The notes under the pieces: generated by a model
Seen by the model: only the letters and a program-made list of their open reading frames with translations
The model's database searches: none
What the model was told of the DNA's origin: nothing
Made by a program: the position numbers and the translations under genes
In this document: positions 43,277 through 54,382 of the stretch, in pieces
Position numbering within the stretch: position 1 is the first letter of the stretch
How the letters are laid out: every line of letters begins with the position of its first letter
Source: Octopus sinensis
Taxonomy: Eukaryota
Assembly: GCF_006345805.1 (NCBI RefSeq)
Contig: NC_043013.1
Coordinates: 51,212,001-51,276,000, forward strand
Reading direction: 5' to 3'
DNA length: 64,000 nt

Positions 43277-43972
43277 GGTATCCACACCGCCCTTGCCAGA
43301 GCACGGTCCGTGGACCGTGTATCTGCTCTCTCTCCCCGAACCCGCCCTGTAGTCTCCCGCCTCCCTTTTCCCCTCACTTACCACCCCACGACCCTACGTC
43401 TCCAACGCACCATTCTTCGAGCTTTCCGTCATCTCCAGTCCGACCCGTCCACTTCACACCTCTTCCCTAACCGACCCCTCCCCTCTTTCAAACGAGCCCA
43501 CAACCTTCGAGACCTTTTGGTCCATAGCTCCTTCCCTGACCCTACCTCCCAACCCGGCTCGTTCCCCTGCTCCCGCCCACGTTGCCGCACTTGCCCTTAC
43601 CTCTCCAACACCACCCGCCTCACTAGCACCCACCATCGACCCTATCCCATCATCCACTCCTTCACCTGCACCTCCAGCAATATTATCTATTGCATCTCTT
43701 GCTCTCTCTGCAATTCCTTGTACATCGGACAAACGGGACGCCGCTTGGCTGACCGGTTCGCGGAACACCTTCGTGACATCCACCTTGCGAACGACACACC
43801 GGTCTCACGCCATTTCCGCTCCACCGGTCACTCCTTGCAACACCTATCTGTGTTCGGTTTGTCCTTACACAGAGGCCATCCGGATTCCCGTTTGCGCCGT
43901 GAACAGGAATTAATCTTCTCTCTTCGCTCTTATACGCCATTTGGTCTCAACTCTCCCCCCCTCCTCATCTAA
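43277..43972 (+). CDS. PLE ORF C-terminus: RT thumb, Cys linker, GIY-YIG endonuclease (open frame, 5'-truncated, no ATG)
   Basis: LTYHP...F..P..SFKRAHNLRDLLVHS; CSRPRCRTC; NIIYCISCSLC..YIGQT; R(FA)EH; SRHF; REQELI; GLN; upstream TAA at 43274-76. Confidence 0.9.
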   Translation, partial: GIHTALARARSVDRVSALSPRTRPVVSRLPFPLTYHPTTLRLQRTILRAFRHLQSDPSTSHLFPNRPLPSFKRAHNLRDLLVHSSFPDPTSQPGSFPCSRPRCRTCPYLSNTTRLTSTHHRPYPIIHSFTCTSSNIIYCISCSLCNSLYIGQTGRRLADRFAEHLRDIHLANDTPVSRHFRSTGHSLQHLSVFGLSLHRGHPDSRLRREQELIFSLRSYTPFGLNSPPLLI

Positions 43973-44284
43973 CCTCACCCCCCTCCTCACCTATCCTTTC
44001 TCCCCCCGACCCCTACTTCTTCAGTCCTTCATCCTTTCACCCCTACTCCCCTTCCCTTCTTCCCTCTTTCTCCCTCCCTCTTCCCCTTCCCTCTGCTCCC
44101 TCACTCCCCTTCTCTCTCCCCCTCTCCCTCTTTCCTCCTTCATCCCCCTCATCCCCTTCCTTCTCCCCCATCCTCTCCTCTCCCCCTTCTCATCCCCCTC
44201 TTCTTCCCCTCCCCTTCTCTCCCCCCTCTTCTCCCCCTCTTCTCCTCACTACACCACATGACTTTACACATCACATCACATATG

Positions 44285-44526
44285 ATGTGCCATACTATTA
44301 CACACACCAACTAATACATACTAATACGTACTAATACATACTAGTACATACTAATACTTACACCAACCCTATACATACACACGTCCAGACCCCGCATACG
44401 CACTTATACTCTCACACACACACACACACACACCTATACATACCAATACGTACTAATACATACTAATACATACACCAACCCCATACATACGCACGTCCAG
44501 ACCAATCTTACGCACTAATACTCTCT

Positions 44527-44561
<35 letters not shown>

Positions 44562-44625
44562 ATACATACTAATATATACACCAACCCTATACATACACAC
44601 ATCCAGACCCCTCCCACGCACTTTT
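44285..44625. repeat. Three units of about 110 bp plus TACTAATACA repeats inside the PLE 3' region
   Basis: CACCAACCC(T/C)ATACATAC.CAC.TCCAGACC near 44361, 44473 and 44580. Confidence 0.8.
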
Positions 44626-44794
44626 AGCTGGTCCCTCAACCCTTTTATCAACCCTATTATCTCCCCTTATTTCGCTCTCGCGTCTCATGTTTGATCTTTG
44701 ACCTCTGGCCGAAATCAGATCGCCATGTTGATTCGTTAGCTACTGCACGCATTTTTTTTCTCTCCTTCTTTCTGTGTTTTTCTCTCTCTGTGTA

Positions 44795-44832
44795 TCTTTC
44801 TGTTGAAGAGCGTAGGCTTGAAACGTTAAAGA
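44795..44832 (+). ncRNA. HHR-like motif with CUGUUGA core
   Basis: TCTTT-CTGTTGA-A-GAGC-GTAG-GCTT-GAAAC-GTT-AAAGA; helix I 5/5 pairs. Confidence 0.5.
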
Positions 44833-45227
44833 CTTGTTTTATTTATATTTCCTGAGCGCCATACTAATACAATTGTTCGTTTGTTTTCCACCTGCCTTCA
44901 TCTTTTGTTTATTTTCATAAAGCTTCCCGTTGTATTTTAATATATATACACAAGCATACATATACGTATACATCCAGCCATCGTTTACCTGAGGATTCTA
45001 GCACCTGGCAGGGCCGTGGTATAAGAATCTTCAGGCTTTTCATCAATAGGCTCTTATCTGAAACAAACATAATTACATTTTCAGGCTGGATAACCAAGCG
45101 TGGCTAAAACTGAGACCGTGGATTAAAACAATCCCGTATTTTCCGCCTGCCCATAGTTATCCTGCTGCTTGGCACGGCATGAAGAGTCTATTTTGCCAGG
45201 CTTACATGAGACCGTCTAAACTCGTGG

Positions 45228-45517
45228 AAGCGCCATCCAACCAAAATGCAAATATATGGGAAACTACCACCTGTGTCATCTCTTGTGAAAGGTAAGAGAG
45301 TCCAGTTTGCTGGACATTGTTGTAGAGCTGAAAAAGAGGTAATTTCTACTCTTCTCCTCTGGAAGCCATCTACTCACTATACCAGAGGGCGCACACTCTC
45401 CTACCCTGATGTAATCTCCAGGGATACAGGCATCCAGCAACAGGACCTCCGTAATGCCATGATGGACCGGGAAGTCTGGCGTAGCATGGTAAATTCCATT
45501 GTCTCGACCACGGTCGA
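45228..45517 (+). pseudogene. RTE-like LINE 3' end (post-RT C-terminus)
   Basis: SWKRHPTK.QIYG.LPPVS....RVQFAGHC.R....LLLW.P....Y.DVI.RDTG....L..AM.DR.VWR. Confidence 0.75.
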
Positions 45518-45817
45518 ACGGATTAGCACAGATTAGTTCTCTCAATTCGGAGAAGTAGCGGCTCGCCATGGAAACATTCACAGAATTCATGCATTATGCA
45601 TACTGTCGAATAACGTTAATCTAGAGATCATTCGGAGAAACATCATTTTAGCTGCTTTTATTCCTGATCTGAGACTTTTGGTCATTGACCAACAATTATG
45701 TTCTTAGGTGAAGATAGGCGCGAAATGACATTACAAAAAAATTAGAAAAGCAAATCGTTTGGATAGAAAATTTCGAAAACTTAATCTTTTTTTATACCGA
45801 ATGGTTTTAACACAATA

Positions 45818-46052
45818 CAGTAACCCCTCGCCATATCGCAGTTCACCTATCGCGCATTAAGTACATCATGGTTCACCTATCGCGCACTGAATACATCGCG
45901 GATTTTTCTGGCTAATATATGTAAATTTATATCGCGGACACCTTCGTATATCGCGGGTTTCATGGCCGATAGGTATTTATATTTTTTTAGATTTTAATTC
46001 TTTCTGTGGGAGGTTTTGAAACGTAACACCCGTGATAGTCGAGGGATTACTA
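45818..46052 (-). mobile_element. Tigger/pogo-like MITE, family 1
   Basis: TA-CAGTAACCCCTCGCCATATCGC ... GTGATAGTCGAGGGATTACT; ends match 11994-12514 in reverse orientation. Confidence 0.75.
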
Positions 46053-46407
46053 TTTTTACACACTATTATCTATTGCTCTATTTACTTTGAGTTTAACCGT
46101 CGAAGACAAATTATTTTATGTTCTCTCGTAGTTTCTATAGTCTTATAAAACACTATACCGTACAGTTACACCACGCATATATATATCATTTTTTACGTAA
46201 TGTGTATTGGCGATACCGTTATACAAGTGACATATTGTACGACAAGTAGATTACTGAAATACGCATTGACGTTCATCGCTTAATTGATAATTCAAAATGC
46301 ATCAATTTAATCTCGTTTACAAAACGAAAGTAAACAAGTATATATTATAATCTCCGTATGTCGAGGTATATATATATATATATATTATATATATATATAT
46401 ATATATA

Positions 46408-46698
46408 TTATTCAAAGAAATTCCAGCTCTGTCTGTTTTTTATGTTTTATTTATATTCTTTATAATATTAATGTAGGATATAGAATATATAGCATATATA
46501 GCATAATGAAATGAAGTATTGATTGTCTTATTGAATAGATGAAATATTGAATATCAAATATTACGGTACTAGTATACTTTCTTGCATTAAAGCTGGCTTC
46601 AAGGTCGCGACAATATATACTATATATTCTATATCCTACATTGATATTATAAGAATATAAATAAAACATAAAAACAGAGTTGGAATTCCTTTGAATAA
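46408..46698. repeat. AT-rich foldback, arms about 90 bp, spacer about 113 nt
   Basis: 46408-46499 vs 46613-46698 with a 4-bp indel and a few substitutions. Confidence 0.85.
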
Positions 46699-46952
46699 TA
46701 TATTCCTCTATACACAATTATACAAACCCCTTTTTATTTATATATATATATAATTTTATAAACAATCCTGAAAGCGTCGATATATATATACGTGTGTGTG
46801 TGTGTATATATATATATAATTATATAAACAAACCTGAAAGCGTCGATTTGTGAGTTCGATTCAGCCTGAGGTAAGCCCATAATTTTTCGGTTATTTGCTT
46901 ATATTTAAAATTATCACTTCAAATTGGAGAATAAATATTATATTATATACAG

Positions 46953-47017
<65 letters not shown>

Positions 47018-47023
47018 CACACA

Positions 47024-47264
47024 CTTTATTTAAAGCAGCAGAAAATTCAACAAAACCTGTTACTCTGAGTTTCACGTTGCCGTTCATCGGACAGTTTTTG
47101 CTAGCGGTTCTATTCTAGCAAAAACTGTCCGATGAACGGCAACGTGAAACTCAGAGTAACAGGTTTTGTTGAATTTTCTGCTGCTTTAAATAAAGCATAT
47201 TACTCTACCACTGGTATTTGAGTACACTTTTTTCCACCTTGTTTCACATTTATGTGTTTACTCC

Positions 47265-47267
<3 letters not shown>
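47024..47267 (+). mobile_element. PLE-type terminus with perfect 81-bp inverted repeat, in (TA)n
   Basis: 47024-47104 is the exact reverse complement of 47115-47195; tail continues to 47267, then (TA)n. Confidence 0.8.
47125..47162 (+). ncRNA. Type-I HHR, U4C variant (mirror copy on minus strand at 47057-47094)
   Basis: CTGT-CCGATGA-ACG-GCAA-CGT-GAAA-CT-CAG-AGT-A-ACAG; all three helices pair; GUA site. Confidence 0.7.
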
Positions 47268-47282
<15 letters not shown>

Positions 47283-47303
<21 letters not shown>

Positions 47304-47701
47304 CATTTAAATAATGAGGGTGATAAATTGAATATTAATTTAATTAATATCAATTTAAAACCAGTAGCCTAGCATACAAAAATCTGAAAAATCAGAGAAA
47401 ATTCTAATACATGTGTATATTTAAAGGGCTAAAAACCACTATGTGGTCAGCCATATGCTAGAAGTAGATCACCTGCGATCAAACTAAAAAGTAAAGAATG
47501 TTCTCTAGAGGAAAATTCAGCGGACACCAGAACAATATGCGGGCAAGACTGTCTTGCCCGCATATTGTTCTGGTGTCCGCTGAATTTTCCTCTAGAGAAC
47601 ATTCTTTACTTTTTAGTTTGATCGCAGGTGATCTACTTCTAGCATATGGCTGACCACATAGTGGTTTTTTAGCTCTTTAAATATACACATGTATTAGAAT
47701 T
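47283..47701. mobile_element. Foldback element, 150-bp arms, 1-nt spacer (probable PLE-type terminus)
   Basis: 47400-47549 vs 47551-47701 with 1 mismatch and 1 indel; the left side continues to (TA)n at 47283. Confidence 0.6.
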
Positions 47702-47748
47702 ATATATATGTACCTGTCTGTCTGTCTGTCTCTTTTTCTCTATCTCTT

Positions 47749-47805
<57 letters not shown>

Positions 47806-47904
47806 GTCTATATGTATGTATGTCTATATGTATGTATGTCTATATGTATGTATGTCTATATGTATGTATGTCTATATGTATGTATGTCTATATGTATGTA
47901 TGTA

Positions 47905-48240
47905 GTAAATCCAAAAAGAGAAAAGAACAAAAAGAAGAACACAACAACACGAGGACTTGGTACATGTGAAGTATTATTACACGCTCAGGGAAGGGAAGAA
48001 AGATGGTTTAACGTTTCGAGCAACGATCTCCTTCATAAACACAAGAAAGTCCAATAGAAAGAAAGACGGAGGAAGAAAATCTCCAACGAATCGCATGTTC
48101 TTACATTTTGAAAATGTATGTATATATGTATTTATATATATTAAAAAGAAAACGGAATTCACGAAATTCTTTATTAATCACAACGATAGTTTCGACCACC
48201 TTGCATCGGTCCCTCGCAGGTGAGATACTGTACATCTAGT
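47905..48240 (-). mobile_element. PLE-type terminus with two degenerate HHR-like motifs
   Basis: Motifs at 48006-48040 and 48178-48223; tail CCCTGAGCGTG.AATAATAC ending at (TATG)n. Confidence 0.6.
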
Positions 48241-48569
48241 TGCGGTGCATCCTTCGGTGCAGATGTGTCTCTTCAGGTGTCTTTTCAAAATTTACTTCAT
48301 TCAATAAATTGGGTTTTACTTCGTTGGATTACAATGCCTGTATCAAACTTAAAATGTGTGTGTATGTGCATGCATATATGCATATATGTATGTGTGTACA
48401 TACGTAGTCACACGAGCGCGTGCAGATACACACACACACACACATATATATATGTATATATATATGTGTGTATGTAGGTATGTATGTATTTACATACGTA
48501 CTCACACCAGCGTGTGCACATACACTCATACCACCCACACACATATATATGCACTTATGCATATATTTA

Positions 48570-48616
<47 letters not shown>

Positions 48617-48637
48617 TATATGATAGTGTATACGATA

Positions 48638-48695
<58 letters not shown>

Positions 48696-49277
48696 ATAGT
48701 GTATACCGATATATATATATATATATATATTGTATATCTTATATATTTATATAAAAGTGTGTAGCGACACATAGCTACTAATTACTTAATTACGTTTCCA
48801 TCTAAGGACTTTCAATCTGTGATAAAAATACTTTGCTCAAGATAGGTAAGCAGTGAAACGCATCTGCGGACCATGTGATTGCGATGCAAAATTATTGGCC
48901 CATCAGTAATCTGTTAAAAAAATTGGTCTCGCACAGTATGCATCTCAGGAAGGACACGTGTGTTAATGTGTATCGAACCATTACTGTGTCCTTGGTTGGA
49001 GATTTAGAATCGTCAGTTCCCTACTGTTACCACCCGCAATTCACCTTAAGCATTTCTCTTAATCCTTCTTTCTCCCCATATTGAACATCCATTGGTGTTA
49101 CTTTATTACCAGCATTGAATTGCTCGGATAAACGGAAGTTAAATGCATCAAAGCCGTACAGCGGAAGTAGCAAATTGGTAAAAAGGCTGTATATTAATTT
49201 CATCCTTTCATAAATATAAACTACTCCTCAAATTAACATTGAAATACGAGTAAATTATTGCTGATCGATGTTAATTA

Positions 49278-49488
49278 CTCTTTTTTACTCTTTTACTTGT
49301 TTTAGTCATTTCACTGTGCCATGCTGGAGCACCGCCTTTAGTTGAGCAAATCGACCCTAGGACTTATTCTTTGTAAGCCCAGTACATATTCTATCGGTCT
49401 TCTTTTGTCGAACCGCTAAGTTACGGGGACGTAAACACACCAGCATCGGTTGTCAAGCGATGTTGGGGGGACAAACACAGACACACAC

Positions 49489-49528
<40 letters not shown>

Positions 49529-49688
49529 GACGGGCTTCTTTCAGTCTCCGTCTACCAAATCCACTCACAAGGACTTGGTCGGCCCGAGGCTATAGTAGAA
49601 GACACTTGCCCAAGGTGCAACGCAGTGGGACTGAACCCGGAACCATGTGGTTGGTAAGCAAGCTACTTATCTCACAGTCACTACGCCT
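49278..49688 (-). mobile_element. SINE family A, full length
   Basis: Full match. Confidence 0.9.
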
Positions 49689-50544
49689 AATTAGATATAA
49701 TTTCGAAATATCATTAGTAAACGTTTGTACAACGTTTATAAGTGTATCATATTTGAGAGCATAGCTGACGCTCTTTGTTTTGAAACTATCTCAAAGTATC
49801 AACCTAGGTCTTATTTGCGAAGTTGGTCCATATATCACATATACCACGTATTTCACAGATATCACATGCTTTAATGCACTAAAAATATTTTGTCTGTGTG
49901 TGTGCTACTGAAATTGGTGGTGTTCCTCATACGCTCGTGCATCTTCTATGCTATGAAATACGGTGCTCATAAACTACTGCTCTTTTTGTCAGGTGTGCGT
50001 CTGTTTGCCGTTGCAGCGCGTCGCTGCATCCCCGAATTGTCGTTATCAGCTTGGGGCGTCCCGGATAAACCTTCCGAGCAGTGTCCTAGACAGCTGTTAT
50101 CTCTGTGAAATACTCCCTTATCCATCATGACCATATGGCATATGGAGGGCCTACACAAACTATAATCCTGGCCGGATCCCTGGAGAACAGAACACAACAC
50201 TCGAGATCCAGCTCTAAAAACCCAGCAACAATTTAAGCGAATCGATGTCAAATAATATTCATTTAAAAGTTTTACTAAACATGTTTATACACACACGAAC
50301 GCACGCATGCGCACACAAACATGTTTGATAGCATATAAGATACTTTTTTCCAAAGAAATGTTAAAAAATTACTGCATATTGTATATAAAACATTGGGCCT
50401 CCCTTAGGCCTTACTCTGTTACAGACATTTTATTCCTGAGTATGCACTGCTAAAATCGGGGTGCATCTAATACGCCTGCACAACTTCAATACCGTCGAGT
50501 ATATTTCTCACAAAATATTGCTTATCGATGTCAAATAAATATCC

Positions 50545-50752
50545 ATTTAAAATTTTGGCACAAAGCCAACAGGTTCAAGGGATTATATATCGATTACTTC
50601 GATCCCTAAGCTCAACACCTTTCTTATCTTATCGACCCTGAAAGTATGAAAAGCAAAGTCGACCTCAGTGGAATTTGATTTCAAATCAGAACGTAAAGAC
50701 GGACGAAATTGCGCTAAACTTTTCGCCCGGCATACGAACGATTCTGGCAGCT
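50545..50752 (-). mobile_element. SINE family C
   Basis: AAAGCAAAGTCGACCTCAGTGGAATTTG. Confidence 0.8.
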
Positions 50753-50946
50753 TAAACATCTAGAAACTTTAGAAATACCCTAAACTCTAAGTGTACTGCA
50801 AAAGTCAACGCAACTTGAAACTGCATGCATATTGCGTAATGTACTGTCTGAGGTCTTTGTTGTGAATTGACAAACAGTACAAACCCCAGGACACACAATA
50901 TCTTCAATCAACAACATCACGATATTGGATACTGCGCGACATTTTA

Positions 50947-50982
<36 letters not shown>

Positions 50983-51764
50983 TATTATTATTATTATTGC
51001 CTTTGCACAGCTTCTAAGGCTGAAGATGTATTACGGTGTCAGCTGTTCGCTACCAGTGAACTAAGGTAACACTTCTTAATTTTCGAGCACCTTCCGCAGT
51101 ATTCGAGCGGTTCCAAGCAGTGCTGTTTTCTGTAAGTGCTTCACCCTTATTGCAGCCCCGATTATTATTATAACAATAGTATTTTAAAAGGATTGACGTA
51201 ATTCTTCACAAAAGTAAATAGATGAGACGAAAAGCGCAATGCCTTTGCAATAAATATTTTATTGGTTGAACGATATTTCGATAGCAAGTCTGTCTTTGTC
51301 GAGTTCAAAATGAAAAGTCATCAAAATTCAAAATTATAGAAATTCAAATCTAAAATATGAACGAGAGCAACCAGCGTACACACATTGATGGAATGATATC
51401 ATCAGTCTTTAAGTTTCAATTTTACAATTGGCGAATAGAAAAAAAAAAGAAAAAAGGAAAGAATAGGAAAGAAGAGGCACATTTGATATTACATATCTGT
51501 AATAATAATAATAATAATAATTGTTCAACATCCTTAAAACCCCTTATTCAGAGACCATGTGAGCAGGATGGGCTACTCACATGAAGAAAATTCTAACTGA
51601 GCCCCACTATATATTTTGATATAAGATCATCATGACGCGCACATATTTTTGTAAGGCATGTGCCTGGTGTACCCTTATCAGATGGGTAGCCAAGATATGT
51701 ATATTGGGATTCGTATATATGTATTCTAGTGTGACTTTGATGGCATGTACTCAATAATAATGAT

Positions 51765-51882
51765 TTCAAACTTTGGCACAAGGCCAGAAACCTAGGCAAT
51801 GTCGACATCAGTGGGATTTGTACTCAGAACGTAAAGACGGACGAAATGTGGGTTATCATTTTTCCCCGGCGTGCCAACCACC

Positions 51883-51931
<49 letters not shown>

Positions 51932-52672
51932 GATTTCAAAATTTTGCCATAAGGGCAGATTGGGGGAGAGGATTAAAGTCGATCACATTGACTCCGGTGC
52001 AGACGACCATGAAAGGATGAAAAGCAAAGTCAACACCGGCAGAATTTGAACTCAGAACGTAACGGCAGACGAAATACCTATTTCTTTACTACCCACAAGG
52101 GGCTAAACACAGAAGGGACAAACAAGGACAGACAAACGGATTAAGTCGATTATATCGACCCCAGTGCGTAACTGGTACTTATTTTAATCGACCCCGAAAG
52201 GATGGAAGGCAAAGTCGACCTCGGTGGAATTTGAACTCAGAACGTAACGGTAGACGAAATACCTATTTCTTTACTGCCCACAAGGGGCTCAACACAGAGA
52301 GGACAAACAAGGACAGACGAACGGATTAAGTCGATTATATCGACCCCAGTGCGTAACTGGTACTTATTTAATCGACACCGACAGACGAAATACCGTTAAG
52401 CATTTCGTCCGGGTTGCTAAGGAATCTGCCAGCTCACCGCCTATTTATAATCCTTTCTACTATAGGCACAAAGTCTGATATTTCGGGTAAGGGGGCCAAT
52501 CGATTAGATCGACTCCAGTACGCAACTGGTACTACTTAAGTTATCTACACCAAAAGGATGAAAACCAACAGCGACCTCGGCGGAATTTGAACTCAGAACA
52601 TAAATACAGACGAATTACCGCTAGCCATTTCGCCCGCCCGGCGTTCCAACGATCCTGCCAGCTCTCCGCCTT
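51765..52672 (-). mobile_element. Family C cluster including a head-to-tail tandem (period 185 bp)
   Basis: Units start at 52077 and 52262; further copies at 51765-51882 and 52450-52672. Confidence 0.85.
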
Positions 52673-53220
52673 TTAATAATGATAGTAATTGATATCGTTT
52701 CAAAATTTCATTTAAAAAAATAATAAATGGCTTCTATGAGTAATCAAGCCACAAATATTTTAATTATTTTTCTGCGCACAGTATTGAATATTCTGCATAT
52801 TTTGGCAACGTATATACATCACTTTATCATATGTATTAGAAATGTATTTGATGATTTTGCCGAAATTACAAGTCGGTGGTTGGAAAATGAAACTTTATTG
52901 AAATGTAATACCATCCAAACACACAATATCCTGATTTCCGTTCTCATATATATTTCTGGCTTTTACGTAGACACATTAAGATATATTTCCATTTTAAAAC
53001 AATATTCATCTTAAATAGAATAAATAATGGAAGAAATCATTAATCCTAAATAAACAAATGCTTACGAAGATAAGCTCTAAGTTCCGCCCATATAGGTACC
53101 TACGTATTATTCGTAGACACGTTACGTAAACAGATTCAAGAACAGAAGCACACGCATATACATACAAACATACATGCATGCACACATAAATATAAATACA
53201 TACATATATACATACATATA

Positions 53221-53258
<38 letters not shown>

Positions 53259-53382
53259 TACATATATCTATCTAGCTATCTATCTAGCTATCTATCTATC
53301 TATATCTATATATATATACATATATATATATATACACACATACCTATATCTATCTACCTACCTATAATATCTCACACACACG

Positions 53383-53414
<32 letters not shown>

Positions 53415-53429
53415 ATATATATATATATA

Positions 53430-53930
53430 CGACAGGAAATCAAAATTTATCCGCACTTTTCGCCGTAACATATCTTTATTATTGACTCACAGGCATGGTC
53501 GTGTAGTAAGCCCCAATTCTTAAATGGACTATTAGTCCCAAAAATTGTAAAACTGAAGTAAGAGGTTCATTACCTCGTTTTGTCTTTTTCTGTGTGAACC
53601 GGTTCACCATTACCATCTCTCGAGCTTGCTGTATCTTCTCGTCAGTGGTGGAGGCTGACGGGCGTCTAATTCCCTCTTCGTGCGTTACGCTTGTCCCACC
53701 ACTTTTAAACTTCTAGATCCACTCATACACACTTCGGCCCAGTAGTGAATTGTCAGGGACCAGAGAAATCGGATCACTGCTCTTTGTTCTTCTTTGGTGC
53801 ACATCGCTATTGGAACGGCGATGCTTACACTGTAAAGCCAGAAAGAAAATTGGCGCGACCAGACTAAAAACTTCGATCACGTGACCACAATAGCACAAAC
53901 TATAAGCACGCATGCGCTTAGATAAACAAT
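53430..53930 (-). mobile_element. Internally deleted mariner carrying 105 bp of filler DNA
   Basis: TA plus TIR-like CGACAGGAAATCAAAATTTATCCGCACTTT at 53430-59; transposase N-terminus on minus; left end cut by SINE A. Confidence 0.75.
53597..53822 (-). pseudogene. Mariner transposase N-terminal (HTH) fragment
   Basis: MCTKEEQRAVIRFLWS then, after a deletion, SVYEWI*KFKSGGTSVTHEEGIRRPSASTTDEKIQQAREMVMVNR. Confidence 0.8.
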
Positions 53931-53932
53931 AT

Positions 53933-54313
53933 CTGTGGCTGTGTGGTAAGTAGCTTGCTAACCAACCACATGGTTCCGGGTTCAGTCCCACTGCGTGGCA
54001 TCTTGGGCAAGTGTCTTCTGCTATAGCCCCGGGCCGACAAATACATTGTGAGTGGATTTGGTAGATGGAAACTGAAAGAAGCCTGTCGCATATATGTATA
54101 TATATATAAGTGTGTGTGTCTGTGTTTGCCCCCCTAGCATTGCTTGACAACCGATGCTGGTGTGTTTACGTCCCCATCACTTAGCGGTTCGGCAAAAGTG
54201 ACCGATAGAATAAGTACTGGGCTTACAAAGAATAAGTCCCGGGGTCGATTTGCTCGACTAAAGGCGGTGCTCCAGCATGGCCGCAGTCATATGACTGAAA
54301 CAAGTAAAAGAGT
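53933..54313 (+). mobile_element. SINE family A, full length
   Basis: Full match. Confidence 0.9.
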
Positions 54314-54325
54314 ACCACTTCAGTA

Positions 54326-54382
<57 letters not shown>

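Larger units (their letters stand above)
43277..44935 (+). mobile_element. 5'-truncated Penelope-like element, Neptune-type
   Basis: RT thumb plus GIY-YIG frame, then pyrimidine tract, tandem repeats, HHR-like motif and tail ending at an AT tract. Confidence 0.85.

Noticed and set aside
50965-50998. (AAT)n(ATT)n palindrome
   Set aside because: Only 17-bp arms of simple repeat; common and uninformative
51930-52442. CRISPR-like regularly spaced repeats
   Set aside because: Units are whole SINE bodies without unique spacers, in a eukaryotic context
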